Shown here one piece after another: positions 37,790 to 51,379 of a DNA stretch of 64,000 bases (positions within the stretch are counted from its first letter, which is position 1; each line of letters starts with the position of its first letter). The stretch spans positions 65,968,001 through 66,032,000 of the forward strand of contig NC_043000.1 in NCBI RefSeq assembly GCF_006345805.1, read 5' to 3'. Origin of the DNA: Octopus sinensis (taxonomy: Eukaryota). Both the position numbers and the translations under genes were made by a program. Under the pieces are notes generated by a model, which ran no database searches, was not told the DNA's origin, and saw nothing but the letters and a program-made list of their open reading frames with translations.

Positions 37790-38507
37790 CAATTTGGAAA
37801 TGCCTTTTGCATTCCAAACAACTGAGGCCATCGCCTTTCCAATGCATGGATTGTCTCTTAATATTGTTCAAACTGATGAACCTGACACTCAGCCTGGGTT
37901 AGGAAACGTTCAAGGAAACCAGCTGGATCTGCATCCAATAATATCAGATATTCCAGTGATGTGGTCAGCCTGGTGCACTTTTTTGTTCAGGTGTCAGATG
38001 TGGCACCCACCGAGCAGAAACCTTTGCCATGACAAGTTCATTGTGCAGAATATTCTCAACTCTCTCACAGAATATGTTAATAGCATTGACTATTTGATTT
38101 AGAGTCGATCGCCTGTCATCCATAACAATGTGCTGAACACGATCAATGTTTTTCCTCAGTGGTGGCAGTTTCATGACGTCTAGGCTTTGAATGACCTTCA
38201 AGAATCTCCCTTCCCCTTCTAAATTATGCTGCCTACTTTTGCATGGGAGTGTCATCCATTAATGTAGCAAGCATGTCAGCGTGACTCTCTTTTCTGCAGA
38301 TAATTGATCAAAACTACGATGCCAAATTTTTTCAAGAAAAGTCGCTACTAATTACTTCTGAAGTCTTTGAACACTTATATGTCAGTTTACCTGGCAAAAA
38401 ACAATGCAGTTATTAATAACAAGAGTTGAAATGATGCATTAAAAATTTCACAGCTATAGCATCACTCCTTCATAGTCAGCCTATGAACTTCTCAGCTCAC
38501 CCTCGTG
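37790..38507 (-). mobile_element. Mariner remnant (5' TIR plus transposase N-terminal half)
   Basis: TIR ACGAGGGTGAGCTGAGAAGTTC next to TA; KVSARWVPHLT and GKAMASVVWNAKGI motifs. Confidence 0.85.
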
Positions 38508-39136
38508 TATGCACATGTATGTATATATATATATATATATATAATATAAGGGAATATTATTCCAAACTTACAGGGAAAAATTCAATTTAGAAATACTAAA
38601 TCAAATTTCACAAAATATAATATATATATATATATATAATTAGCGGCAGAAGCGCATACCAGTCATATCTCACTCCCAGAGATATGTGGAATTTCAGTGA
38701 CTATACAAGCACTGATAACGCAAGTAGTTAAGCTTTTTAAAAAGTAGCTATCTGTGGACGTCTGCCACTGAAAACACGGGGCATGTCGAAATCAGGTGAT
38801 CTGGCCGTTCCGGCGCCGGAGCAGACTGGCCTCGTCTGCCAGCAGTATAAATATATGTCCTTTTAATGTACCATGCGTCCATGTGAGATGTCCTCTCAAG
38901 GTAAATAATGCAGTATTCAGTGCTTTAACAATACATCCACGTTAAGTTGAATATAAATATTGACTTTTGATATATACACATACATACATATATACACACA
39001 CACATATATATATATGTGTATGTATGTATGTATGTATGTATGTATGTATGTATGTATGTATGTATGTATGCATGTATGTATGTATGTATGTGTATGTTTA
39101 CATCTGCATGTATGTGTATATATGTATACATGTGTG

Positions 39137-39177
<41 letters not shown>

Positions 39178-39349
39178 TAGCATTATGACCGTCGTTGCCG
39201 GGTCATAGTACTAGTGCATGTAAATATGTGTATATATATGTGTACATATTACATGTACATCTATATATGTACATCTACACATAAAATACAAAATACAAAG
39301 TTATATCTTGATATCGCTGGTGATAACAATACTCAAAATATATAACAGA

Positions 39350-39990
39350 CTGGAATTGTAGGCCTGTCTCTTGCAATGTCGATCAATTGTATCTTGTCCT
39401 CCCTCTTGTATAGAAGTGTGGCTACAATCCAGCCTACCTCTACTTCTGGGGGAACATTTTAAATTTTTATCCGGGACGTCCTACGTCCCAGATATAAAGG
39501 CAAAAATAAAATATTTCCACTTTGCAAGGTTCGAATCGAGTACACCCTTGCACGCTCCGTTGACTCGAACCTTGCTTCTATTGTGGCGAATTTACCGCCT
39601 CTGGTTAGTTACTTGATATCTTTCATAGTCGTACCAAGACACTTTTCGATGGTGCTTTCCTCCAGGTGTTCAATTTTTTTTTCTCTACATTGTATACTTT
39701 ATAGACAATAGTATTTTCTTTAATTTTATTTTTTATTTCGTTTGGTGGTGTTATCCTAGATTCACCGTCATTGTCGGTGATCAATCCGAAATAGATTTGT
39801 ATTTCTTCCATTTTAATTTTAATGAGTTCGCGCCCGCCGACGGCTGCAGCGAAATTCCTTTTTGGACTTTCTTCTATCGAAGAAAAATGCTTCCGTATAA
39901 ACGGTGAAAATATTGTCAATTTCGAGGAACCAACAAACGTAGTAACAATAGTTAAACAGTAATAATAATAACAACAGACCTTACGGTGAA
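39350..39990 (-). pseudogene. Probable LINE ORF1-like (L1/Tx1-type) degenerate fragment
   Basis: RNFAAAV, then MEEIQIYFG..., and after a frameshift RTSRIKI*NVPPEVEVGWIVA, resembling RRM-like ORF1 sequence. Confidence 0.4.
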
Positions 39991-40449
39991 TCAAAAAGCA
40001 GTACGCAGTTGAAGCTATAGTCCTTTATGTATAAGAAACAAACCAACAGCAGTACTCAGTAGAAGCGGCTGTTTGAGAAAACAGACATTACATACAACCA
40101 AACTTCATATAGATACTTAATGCTAACTAATTAGCAGATAATCTAATGTAAAAGCCGTGGTAAAAGGTATGTGCACAGCTCCATTTCTGCACCCTAATTT
40201 TATTTTTGATTTATTCCCATTCATGTGAAATCACTTATTCAAGTTCAAGTCATTGATGCAATTTTATACCAATTGCTATTTTTACTTTTGTTACGTTACG
40301 ATTATATTATACTTTAGTTTGATTTTACTTATTACTTACTACATATAATTCAATTATTATTATCATCTCTAACTTTTATTGTTAAAGTGAAAGTATCTGA
40401 CATAAAATAGAGAAATGTTTTTCAAAATATTTTGAACAATGATTTATGG

Positions 40450-40593
40450 GACTCTGTAGAAAAGCTCCAGCTTTGTGTAGGGTGGGTTTTACAACAGGAT
40501 AACGATCCTAAGCACGCGGCAAAGTCTACCAAAAAAAAATGGATTGTCGATCACAATATAAAATTATTAGAATGGCCAAACCAGTCACCTGAC
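40450..40593 (+). pseudogene. Tc1-family transposase fragment
   Basis: WVLQQDNDPKH...LLEWPNQSPD. Confidence 0.88.
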
Positions 40594-40989
40594 TATATGT
40601 ATGTAATATAATTTTTCTGAATCTTCAAATTTGAAAAAATTTGAAGATTCAGAAAAATTATATTACATACATATAAGAGGGATGACCACTGAGTGAACAT
40701 CCAATATGCTAAATGTAGATCCCATATGGTCTGCCCACTAAGAAAAAATTGTTATCAAGAAATTTCGACAAACGCCAGAACATAAGCGAACAAGACAAAT
40801 GAAAAGATACAAAATATAATTAGTCACATACCAGATTTCATTGTTACCATTTACATATTTACATACGTAAATGCCTGCAAATCATCAGTGCGACCGTCAT
40901 AGAAAATATAATTTGCAGAACTGTACACGAAACGTCAACACGAGAGAGAACATGCATATAGTTCTGTCAATTATATTTGTGGGTATATT

Positions 40990-41252
40990 TCAAATGTCTT
41001 CGTGGTCATCCTTCTTATATGTACCCATTCCATTCCGGTCATTCAAAATGTGACCGCGTGTACCGTTGGCGATTTTTTTCCTCCGTCTTCCCTTCTTTGT
41101 ATCTTTCCCTTTCCTATGTTTCTGAAGAAGAGCTCCGCTCGAAACGTTAAACCCTCCTTCTTTCCTTCCTTCCTGAGCGTCCAATAACACTATACTTGTT
41201 CCACGTGCTCGCGTTGTTGTGTTTTCTCTTTGTGTTTTCATGTTTGGATTAA
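40990..41252 (+). mobile_element. Solo terminal repeat (pLTR) of the PLE3 family
   Basis: Strong similarity to 33760-33898, ending TGTTTGGATTAAC-(TA)n. Confidence 0.85.
41118..41152 (+). ncRNA. Minimal type-I hammerhead ribozyme (canonical CUGAAGA core)
   Basis: GUUU-CUGAAGA-A[GAGC/UCC/GCUC]-GAAA-CG-UU-AAAC; predicted cleavage after 41148. Confidence 0.85.
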
Positions 41253-41372
41253 CTATATATATATCACCGTGATCGACCAGGCTATCAGATGTTGCTACAC
41301 ATCGCTGGTCACAATGCGCTTCACATTGTTTTAGCCTTCAAATGACGCCACCCCGCTGGCTAAGCGAGCAGG

Positions 41373-41430
<58 letters not shown>

Positions 41431-41431
41431 G

Positions 41432-41940
41432 AAGTGACTGTGTGGTAAGAGGCTTGCTTCCCAACCACATGGTCCCGGGTTCAGTCTCACTGTATGGCAC
41501 CTTGGAGAGTTACTTGCTCAATGGTTGAACGAAGGGTGGGCATCCAGCAACAGGACCTCCGTAATGCTATGATGGACCGTGAAGTCTGGCGTAGCATGGT
41601 AAATTCCATTGTTTTGACCACGGTCGAACAATGATGATGATGATGGCACCTTGAGCAAGTATCTTCTACTATAGCCTCAGGCCAATCAAACCCTTGTGAG
41701 TAGATTTGGTAGACGGAAACTGAAATAAGCCCGTATGTATGTGTTTATGTGTCTGTGTTTGTGTTTGCCCCTTCCACCATCGCTTGACAACCGATGTTAG
41801 TGTGTTTACGTCCCCGTAACTTAGCGGTAGTATGCGCACCAAGCTTACAAAGAATAAGTCCTGGGGTCGATATGTACGACTAAAGGCGGTGCTCCACCAT
41901 GGCCACAAGGAAATAACTGAAACAAGTAAAGGAATAAATA
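41432..41940 (+). mobile_element. CORE-like tRNA SINE carrying a nested LINE 3' fragment
   Basis: The SINE sequence resumes after the insertion at 41643. Confidence 0.82.
41505..41642 (+). mobile_element. Very short 5'-truncated RTE-like LINE 3' end
   Basis: GIQQQDLRNAMMDREVWRSMV plus (TGA)n tail; 11-bp TSD ATGGCACCTTG (41494-41504, 41643-41653). Confidence 0.8.
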
Positions 41941-42139
41941 TACATACACATAGTATTATTATATATGTATATACATATGTCATGGTACATATATGCATAT
42001 ACCTATCATATTTTCCACATATGCATATACTTTCCTTTTACCGAGCGTCAAGTTAATACATTTCTTGTGCACGTCTTCACGTTCGTTTTTAATCGTTTAT
42101 TTGAATTGCTTGTTTATTTGAACTGACAATATATATATA

Positions 42140-42200
<61 letters not shown>

Positions 42201-42229
42201 ATATAAGAGAACAAAGTGTACGTACGCCG

Positions 42230-42283
<54 letters not shown>

Positions 42284-42424
42284 CAAATAGGACAAGGACG
42301 CAAAACATCCAGGCAGACGATACAAAGAAAACAAGGACGGATTCATTCGAAGTTGTCTATCTTCAGTCAAGAACCAGATTATCTTTGCAATTTCGGTTGA
42401 TTATATATATATATATATATACAT

Positions 42425-42620
42425 AGTTCAAATTTATAGAAATAGAAAAACAAAAGACGAAGACAGGTGTAGGAACAGCATGCAAGTGTAATAGTTTAAC
42501 GCTCGGGAAAAATGGAAAGTCTTTTACGTTTCGAGCCTACGCTATTTGATGGAAAGAATGAGAGGGAAAATGAAGAGAATGAAAAAAAAAAAACGGAGAG
42601 AGAATAACTGTGTAGTGTTC
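42425..42620 (-). mobile_element. Solo PLE2-family pLTR with decayed hammerhead core
   Basis: ...GCGUAGGCUC-GAAACGUA-AAAG retained; CUGUNGA core mutated. Confidence 0.75.
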
Positions 42621-42912
42621 AAAGATTCAGCATGTAATATCTATACACACACACAGACATATGTATGTATGTAGTCAGTTGTAAGACAAATCTGGAACGA
42701 AATACGGGAATTGATGTATCTCGATGATATTGAGATAATCTTCACCAATTAAATATTGGAACCATAAATACCTACCGTTTAACCTAAGGCTACAAAACTT
42801 AGTTGCTTGTGTGAAACAAATGTCGCACAGAAAGGGAGGAATTTACAGGCACCTTGCAACTTATGAATCTTAAGAAGCAATTATTATTTCTATTATTTTT
42901 ATTATTATTATT

Positions 42913-43338
42913 ACTGGCAGGATCGTTAACACACTGGGCAAAATGCTTAGCGGTATTTCGTCCGTCTTTACGTTCTGAGTTCAAATGCCACCGAGATCGA
43001 CTTTGCCTTTCATCCTTTTGAGGTCGATAAAATAAGTACCAATCGAGAACTGTGACCGATGTAATCAACTTGTCCCTTCCCCCGAAATTTCAGGCGTTGT
43101 GCCTATAGCAGAAACGACTTTTGGTTGTTTTTTTTGCGAGCTAGCTGGATCGTTAGCACGCCGGACAAAATGCTTAGCGGCATTTCGTCCGTCTTTACCT
43201 TCTGAGTTCAAATTCTGCCGGGATTCACTTTGCCTTTCATCCTTTCGGGGTCGATAGATTAAGTACCAGTGAAACACTGGAGTTGACTCATCCCCTCCCC
43301 GAAAATTTCAGGCGGTGTGCCTTTATTAGAAAGGATTA

Positions 43339-43340
<2 letters not shown>
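42913..43340 (+). mobile_element. Two MetaSINE-like copies
   Basis: Same family as 3884. Confidence 0.82.
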
Positions 43341-43397
<57 letters not shown>

Positions 43398-43400
<3 letters not shown>

Positions 43401-44534
43401 TAGTATATTTTTTATATCATGTTTTCACTTCACAACCGAGCGCAATCCCTCTGTCTATGCTTTGAGTCCTGAGCTTCTCAACCATTGCTGGGATTTTTCT
43501 TTGTCTATTTCTTTTGTATTTAGTTTAGTCCAGTATTTACCATAAAGGGGTTTTTCTTGCCATCGTTTTATCATGGTTCTTTGCTGTTCTAGTTTTAGTT
43601 TGGATTTCATTTGTATTATAGCTTTTGTTGTTTCTTCATCTTCTTCTTCTTCTTCTTCTTCTTCATATTTGTTAGGTGGTATGATTTCTTGTTTGTATTT
43701 GTCAGCTTCCTTAATTACTGAGAACAGTTTTTTGTTTTGCTCGTGTTTTGCCGCTATTTGTATCAGTTTTCCTTCCTTCTGAAGTAGGTATTTTTGCAGT
43801 CCTATGGTGGTTATTTTATAGTAGTTTTCCAGCTGTATAAGGCCTCTACCACCTTATATACGTTGTATATATAGTCTTTCTATGTCAGATTTTAGGTGAT
43901 GCATCCTAGATCCTGTCATTATTTTTCTTGTTTTCCTATCTATTTTGGTCAGTTCATTTAGTGTCCAGTTAAGGATATTGTAGCTGTAACTTATAACTGG
44001 GTCAGCTAAAGTGTTAATACCTATTATCTTGTTTTTAGCATTGAGCTCTGTTTTTAGTATTGATCTAACTCGTCAATAATATTCTTTTTTTATTTTCTCT
44101 TTCATTTGTGTGTGTTGTGTCTTATCTAGTTCATGGATTCCTAAGTATTTGTAAGTTTGGCTTTGGTCTAATTCTTTTATTTCATTGGTTTTATCTAGTG
44201 TGATGTTGCTACTCTTAACTAGTTTTCCTCTTTTCATGGTTACTTTGGCGTATTTTTCTAATCCAAATTTCATATCTATTTCTTTGGTAAATCCATGAAC
44301 TGTCTTTAATAGTGTTTCCAGCTGTTTGTCATTTGCAGCGTATAGTTTTAGGTCATCCATATATAAAAGGTGGCTGATCGTTTTGCCGTAACATTTATAT
44401 CCGTATCCAGTACTATTTAGCATATCAGATAGAGGTGACAGTGCCAAGCAGAAAAGGAGTGGAGAGAGCGTGTCTCCCTGGAATATTCCTCTTCTAATGG
44501 GGATGGCTTTGGTTTTCATTATCATTTTTTTTTC

Positions 44535-44535
<1 letters not shown>
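43398..44535 (-). mobile_element. Dong/R4-like LINE fragment (RT to thumb), 5'-truncated and internally deleted, inside (TAA)n
   Basis: RGIFQGDTLSPLLF, HLLYMDDLKLY, YKYLG, GGRGL; (ATT)n on both flanks. Confidence 0.88.
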
Positions 44536-44570
<35 letters not shown>

Positions 44571-44782
44571 CATTATTGTTATTATGTAGACGACAGACGT
44601 CAAGAAACAAATAAATGCATAAACATACACGAGTCGCAAAATAGGGGCAAAGTTAAGAGAAACCTAAAAGGTTTTCTAAGTCTGTTATTCTGGAAAACAA
44701 AACCATTTGTGTGTGCGTGTGTGTGTGTGTGTGATCTTGCTACACATCAAACAGCAATAAATCAAATTCGATTTTACACACT

Positions 44783-44823
<41 letters not shown>

Positions 44824-44922
44824 CACACACACACACACACACACACGTCACGCATGCACGTACGCACACACATGCATACATACATACATAATATATACAC
44901 AGGTATATGTTAATAGACATAA

Positions 44923-44952
<30 letters not shown>

Positions 44953-44967
<15 letters not shown>

Positions 44968-45003
44968 TAGTAACATACACATACACACGTGTGTGTATAT
45001 ATG

Positions 45004-45072
<69 letters not shown>

Positions 45073-45702
45073 ATATATATATATATATTTATATTTATCA
45101 TTAGCTCTAAGGAAAAAATAATGTGAAAGAAGCCTATTTTCTTTTCCCTTTACCATTAAATATGTGTTCTACATCAATTCCTTTTATTGCTGGTCCACCA
45201 TAGTTGTTCTTTTCAGATACATGAACATGTTCTGTTTTTCTTATTTACATACCCGCCTACCCCAAAGAAAACTGTTTCTGTCAAATCTATTGAAAATAAC
45301 GTATCTAATAGAGACTGTCCAGAATCGAAAGGCAGCTAGTGGTTGTAAAAATTCATTCATTCCATTTTCCCTTGTAGTAATTGGCACTAGAAAGGGTATC
45401 CAAGTGCAACGGGCACAGCAAATTGTGAAGCACTGATCAATTTGCGTATGTTTGTTTGTGTGTGTGTGTGTGTGTGTGTGTACATATACACATACACACA
45501 TACATATGTAAATACGACTAAATCATTTTTCATTATTTATGTAAAAATGTATGTATATATGAAAAGAGAGACAGCTATAACGAAAATATGCGTTTCAATG
45601 TTTCCATAGTTGTGTGTATGCATATATACATTTATATATATATACACACACACATAGTAACATACACATACACACGTGTGTGTATATATGTATGTATATA
45701 TA

Positions 45703-45780
<78 letters not shown>

Positions 45781-46326
45781 TTATCATTAGCTCTAAGGAA
45801 AAAATAATGTGAAAGAAGCCTATTTTCTTTTCCCTTTACCATTAAATATGTGTTCTACATCAATTCCTTTTATTGCTGGTCCACCATAGTTGTTCTTTTC
45901 AGATACATGAACATGTTCTGTTTTTCTTATTTACATACCCGCCTACCCCAAAGAAAACTGTTTCTGTCAAATCTATTGAAAATAACGTATCTAATAGAGA
46001 CTGTCCAGAATCGAAAGGCAGCTAGTGGTTGTAAAAATTCATTCATTCCATTTTCCCTTGTAGTAATTGGCACTAGAAAGGGTATCCAAGTGCAACGGGC
46101 ACAGCAAATTGTGAAGCACTGATCAATTTGCGTATGTTTGTTTGTGTGTGTGTGTGTGTGTGTGTGTACATATACACATACACACATACATATGTAAATA
46201 CGACTAAATCATTTTTCATTATTTATGTAAAAATGTATGTATATATGAAAAGAGAGACAGCTATAACGAAAATATGCGTTTCAATGTTTCCATAGTTGTG
46301 TGTATGCATATATACATTTATATATA
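44953..46326. repeat. Tandem duplication, period ~686 bp
   Basis: Identical ORFs at 45164/45850 and 45241/45927; junctions lie in (TA)n/(CA)n. Confidence 0.92.
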
Positions 46327-46388
46327 TACATACGAGTATATATAGATGTAAACAGATTTCTGTTTATTGTTTCTGTAAAATGTGTGAG

Positions 46389-46514
46389 ACCGGAAGCGAA
46401 AAATGATAACGTGACCTCTACTTGACACATACTTTATCAGCGTAGCAGTTTTCAGTATTTTCACTATTGGACTATTCAATTCAATTATATTTCCTTAAAA
46501 ACTAGTGAATTAAG
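46389..46514 (+). promoter_or_regulatory. Candidate promoter / first non-coding exon of a host gene
   Basis: ETS-like ACCGGAAG at 46389; donor AAG|GTAAGA at 46514/46515; locally CpG-retaining unique sequence. Confidence 0.4.
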
Positions 46515-46865
46515 GTAAGAAAATATAAAATAAAATATTAATTTACATGTAATTTACCTATATATTGCGAAGTATATTAACAGTAGTAAAGCTAAACCTG
46601 TGTACGTGTTAGTAATATACAATTCTGACTACCGGCGCCATCGTGCGTTTACTTAAGCCGATGATACACTCATACGGGACTATAACAGATGACACACAAT
46701 TTAACAGTTCCAACAAATAATTATCCGCTGATGTGTAACTGCTGTGTGTTCAATTTCCTATAGTTCTACTACTATCACAGACCGTATAATAATAATAATG
46801 TGCTTTTGTCGATGATAACAAAACAAAGCATGAAAGCAACGTCTCTCATTTTGTGTATGTTTCAG

Positions 46866-46925
46866 TCTGCTAAAAGTAAACTAATCTATTGAAAGATAAA
46901 TAATAACAACCTAGATGACTAAATC
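46866..46925 (+). other. Candidate 60-nt exon containing a possible start ATG (46915)
   Basis: Acceptor TTTCAG| and donor |GTAAGT. Confidence 0.4.
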
Positions 46926-49900
46926 GTAAGTATCCTCTCGGTTCACCTCAAAATTAATCAGTCTATTTACACAAATTGTGTGTTTTAATTAGAAACCAGC
47001 AATAGATAGTGTGTTACTGATATTTTATTTTACTTTTTAAACGATGCTTTTTTTTTTTTAATTTGAACTTTTATATTTCATAAGGTGCATCGCCATACAA
47101 AGGATTTATTTTGCATTTTGTTTGTCACTGCTATTAAAGTTGTAAGCAAAGACACGCGTATTTATAATCAAAACTGATTTAACTAGGTGTGTGTGTTTGT
47201 CTTTCGGGATGTTACTTTTTATATTTTCCTTCCTTGTCTTCCTATATTTTCATTCCTGACAACACAATTCGATCCAAAAGTTTTATATGTATGTATGTAT
47301 ATATAAATACTTTTTATGGAATTTTGTTTTACTGCAGAAATGTTTTTAAAGAGAAACTTTTTCTGGATTGAATTAATTATAGATTTAATTTTATCATTTA
47401 TTTTAATAGTCTGAGTAAGCATATACGTGTATAGATAGGTTAGATTGTTTGCTAATATGATCAGTTTATACGTTGTTGGCTACGGACGTGTTCGACATAA
47501 CAAATATGGCGGAGCTAAGCTTGCAACTCACTGATGGGCTACATTCTTTTACTTCAATCTCAACCACTAATAAACATTCTCTAGAATAACACCACAGAAA
47601 AAAAGTTTCTATCTTTTTGTATAGAAAATAGAGCAATTTGTGCAAATTCTGAGGTAATGAAATTGATGCAATAATTACTGCAGCGAAATATAAATTCCGT
47701 GCAGAAGCTATCTAAACTAAATTTAATCAACTAACACTATTTCTTTTAAGATATTTTCATATAATTTTTTTTCTTAGATAGAAAATAAACATTCTCTATC
47801 AATTTACTCTTGATTTTGCATAGTTTTAAAGCAATGTCCAACCAAAGGCTACTATAAATCTTACCAGCGAATCTCGTATTCTGTGTGAAACTATTATTTA
47901 CCTTCTGCACTCTCGGAACAAATTCTCTTCTAGTCTTTTCTTCTTTCACTCAACTTCTCATAACTTGATAGTTTTTGTTCTTTAATCTAATAATATTAAT
48001 GTGAATTAAGTTCGGTTTTACAGTATTGTATTTTGTCTGTCCTCAAGAGAATTGTTGCTAGACTGTCATTAAAAAAAAAAAATAATAACATTTGGCACGC
48101 CAGGGTCACTTCTGTTTCAGCAGGTCCCCTAATAAAAAGCGTTCCAGCTCTGAACATATTTTTGTATATCAAAGACTACATCATCAATTGTATCATTTCG
48201 TTCTAAGACGGTAGCGTATGCTCTAACAGAGGGACTTGGCTGCCATTTCTAGCAGATCGAAACAACTAGAGACTCCCGTGTTCTAGTTGTCTCCAATATA
48301 GGTGTTGGATATCAAATAAGCAAATAATTTTTCGTAATGGTAAATAATTTTGCAGTTCTTATTCGTTTTAAAGTCTATTCTTTTAGATTACAATACTTTA
48401 TTAAATTTAGTTTGTTTTTTCTATTATTGTACAAAAATACGATACAGAATAAGTAGACTACTCCCGAGTTGCCGAATCAAAACAAAAATGTCCATTAATA
48501 TACAAGTTTGTAAAACAATAAACCATTAAAAGATCAAGAGGCCTGTAAACTTGATAGAAAATTCCAAAGTATAACATAGTTTTGCTTAGTTTACAATATA
48601 GGATATAAATAAGAATGAATTATTCGAAGTGAGCAAGAGATGCAGGAAAAAGACAATATTTTAAACTTTTTGTTACGTGTAAATTTTCTGACCAACTGAA
48701 TTTACCAACCACAACTAATTGGGCACTTTCTAATTTAACGGTAATATTTTTTCTTCTATATATAATTCCATTTGCATCTTGGATGCTTGCTTCATCGTAC
48801 GAATGTTAGTAATTTCTTGTTTGCCTTTTTACGTGAACCTTCAGTCTACCACTTAATTTGTTTCCCTAATTGCCAAACTTTTGCAGGAATGGTCATTATA
48901 CTTTGCTGTATTCAAATAGGTCGGTGTTATTTCTAAGTTAAGCATTGCCTTTATTTTTATTCAGCGCTTGTGTTCCGTGTGTTGCTGTTTTGTACGTCTT
49001 TAGGCCTACAACTAAAGTATGAGTGTGTGTACGTGCGTACATATCTATCAGTATATGTGCGGTGTGTGTGGCTATCGACCAGACTATCGGATGTTATATA
49101 CTGCTGGTCACAATGCGCTACCAATTCTTCCTTGATAGCGCCCTTCTTTTCCAACTCGGCCCAAATCGTTTAGTTAAATCGTCTTCCCATGTATATATGT
49201 ATAATTATTTATATCATTTGATTGAACGCCACGCATCCATTTCCAAGTATATTTGTGTGTATGTATATATATATATATACACCAATTCTGATATGATACG
49301 TCAGTTGTGCTTCCAGTATTTTTCATAGTAGTCCTCATTCAGCAACACTGCCAAAGTGGTACATAGTGGTACAATCTTTAGCATGTTTCCTCTGTTACAA
49401 GTACGTGAAACCCTCGGCTCCTTTCTGTCTTTATTAATGCTTGTATCTAGCTATTTGGCGTGCTCGTTTGAAGGACTTTCTTTGTATTCTAGATTGTTTA
49501 TGTTTCTTCGGAGTTTCGGAATTGATGTCCTTCCTTTTCCTGCATGGAGACAGAAAAGATTGCATGATTGAGTGGGCTTAGATGTAAAAAAAAAATGGAA
49601 TTTTTTAAAAGCATTTACACAGTCGCATCTACCGTTATTATGACACAGGTATATATATACAGAGGATGGGGAGCTACTCATTACCTTCCTCATCAGATAT
49701 GGGACAGATGTTCCAAAACTCCGCCTTTCTTATTACAAATATTAAGTTAATATTTTTTAACTTCAGGTCAGCCTTCATCGAACAGAACTATAATCAAGGT
49801 CGTTCCTGCCTTGACCATTTAATCTTTCTACATTATCCAGTAATACCTTCACTTTTAAAACAGATTTGGGGAGAATTTGGTTGCTATTTCTAGCAAGTTG

Positions 49901-50751
49901 AGTAACCTTGTAAGACACACCCCCTCTTCGTTAGCTCGACAGCTATATTGTTCTCTGCATTATACGAAGGGGAACAATTGATTCTGGATTATGAACTTTA
50001 CAGCCAGGCTAAGTTTTCGGACAAGTAACTGGAATAATGGAACAGTTTTGGAATTATTTTTATGCTATATGTATTGAAAAGTTCCTCGTAGCAGAAAGTC
50101 AAAACAATAAGCATTTGGAACCAGATTTCAAATGAAACACACTCATTGGTGTATCAGTTTAAGTTATACTATAGCCCCGGGCCGACTAAAGCCTTGTGAA
50201 TGGATTTGGAAGATGGAAACTGAAAGAAGCCAGTGTCGGTTTGTTTATGTCGTCGTAAACTAGCGTTTCGTTAAAAGATACCAATAAAATAAGTACTAGA
50301 ATTGATTTGTTCGACCAAAAGCCTTCAAGTCGAAGTGGGTGTAAATCATAGAAAACGAAGATAAATTTTGATTTGGAAAAAAATGTCACAGGAAAAAATA
50401 TTCTTACGACATAAACGATACTTAAAGTAATTAGATAAATATATGAACTTTTATTAACTGACATTACATGCTACATGAGTTGTGTACAATAACAACACAA
50501 TTTATATAATGCTTATTTACACGTTTGTGAAAACAAAAAAAAAAATATTAAATCACTCTCGTATTGAAGTTTCCTGCGACTTTTTTTTTTATTGGATTCT
50601 ACTGTACACAGGCTTGTCCCATCGATTTATTTTCATTATCGTAATACTTTCGTTCTTTAAATATGCAGTCGCAGCAAGTATGCACCAAACCATATATACG
50701 TGTATGTGCTTTGATGTACACTTGCTTGTACACACACATACATACATGCAA

Positions 50752-51315
50752 GTGTGGCTGTGCTGTAAGAAACTTGCTTCCCAACCACATGGTTCTGGGT
50801 TCATTCCTGCGCTGACCAAGTCTTTGTGAATGGATTTGGTATATGGAAACTAAAAGAATCCCATCGCTCATATATAATATATGTATCGATTTATATATAT
50901 ATGTATGCATGTGTGTGTGTGTTGTATTTGTCTCCCACCACCACTAACAGATGTTTCTTTTCATCCTCATAATTTAGTTGTTTGGCAAATAAAACCGATA
51001 GTATGAGTACCTAAGTACCAGACTTTAAAAATCAGTACTGGAGTCAATTTGTTCAACAACTAAACTCTTCATGGTGGTGTCCCAGCACAATTATTGAAAC
51101 AAGTATATATATATATTGCCATCTTCCTCTGGCCCCTGTGCCGGTGGCACATAAAAAGCACCCACTACACTCATGGAGTGGTTGGCGTTAGGAAGGGCAT
51201 CTAGCTGTAGAAACACTGCCAGATCAGACTGGAGCCTGGTGCAGCCTCTTGGCTTCTCAGACCCCAGTCATTGTCCAACCCATGCTAGCATGGAAAACGG
51301 ACGTTAAACGATAAT
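50752..51315 (+). mobile_element. CORE-like SINE followed by a Nin-domain-like SINE 3' part (51133-51315)
   Basis: GTGGCTGTG...GGTTCATTCC head; GGTTGGCGTTAGGAAGGGCATC domain. Confidence 0.7.
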
Positions 51316-51323
51316 AAGTATAT

Positions 51324-51379
<56 letters not shown>

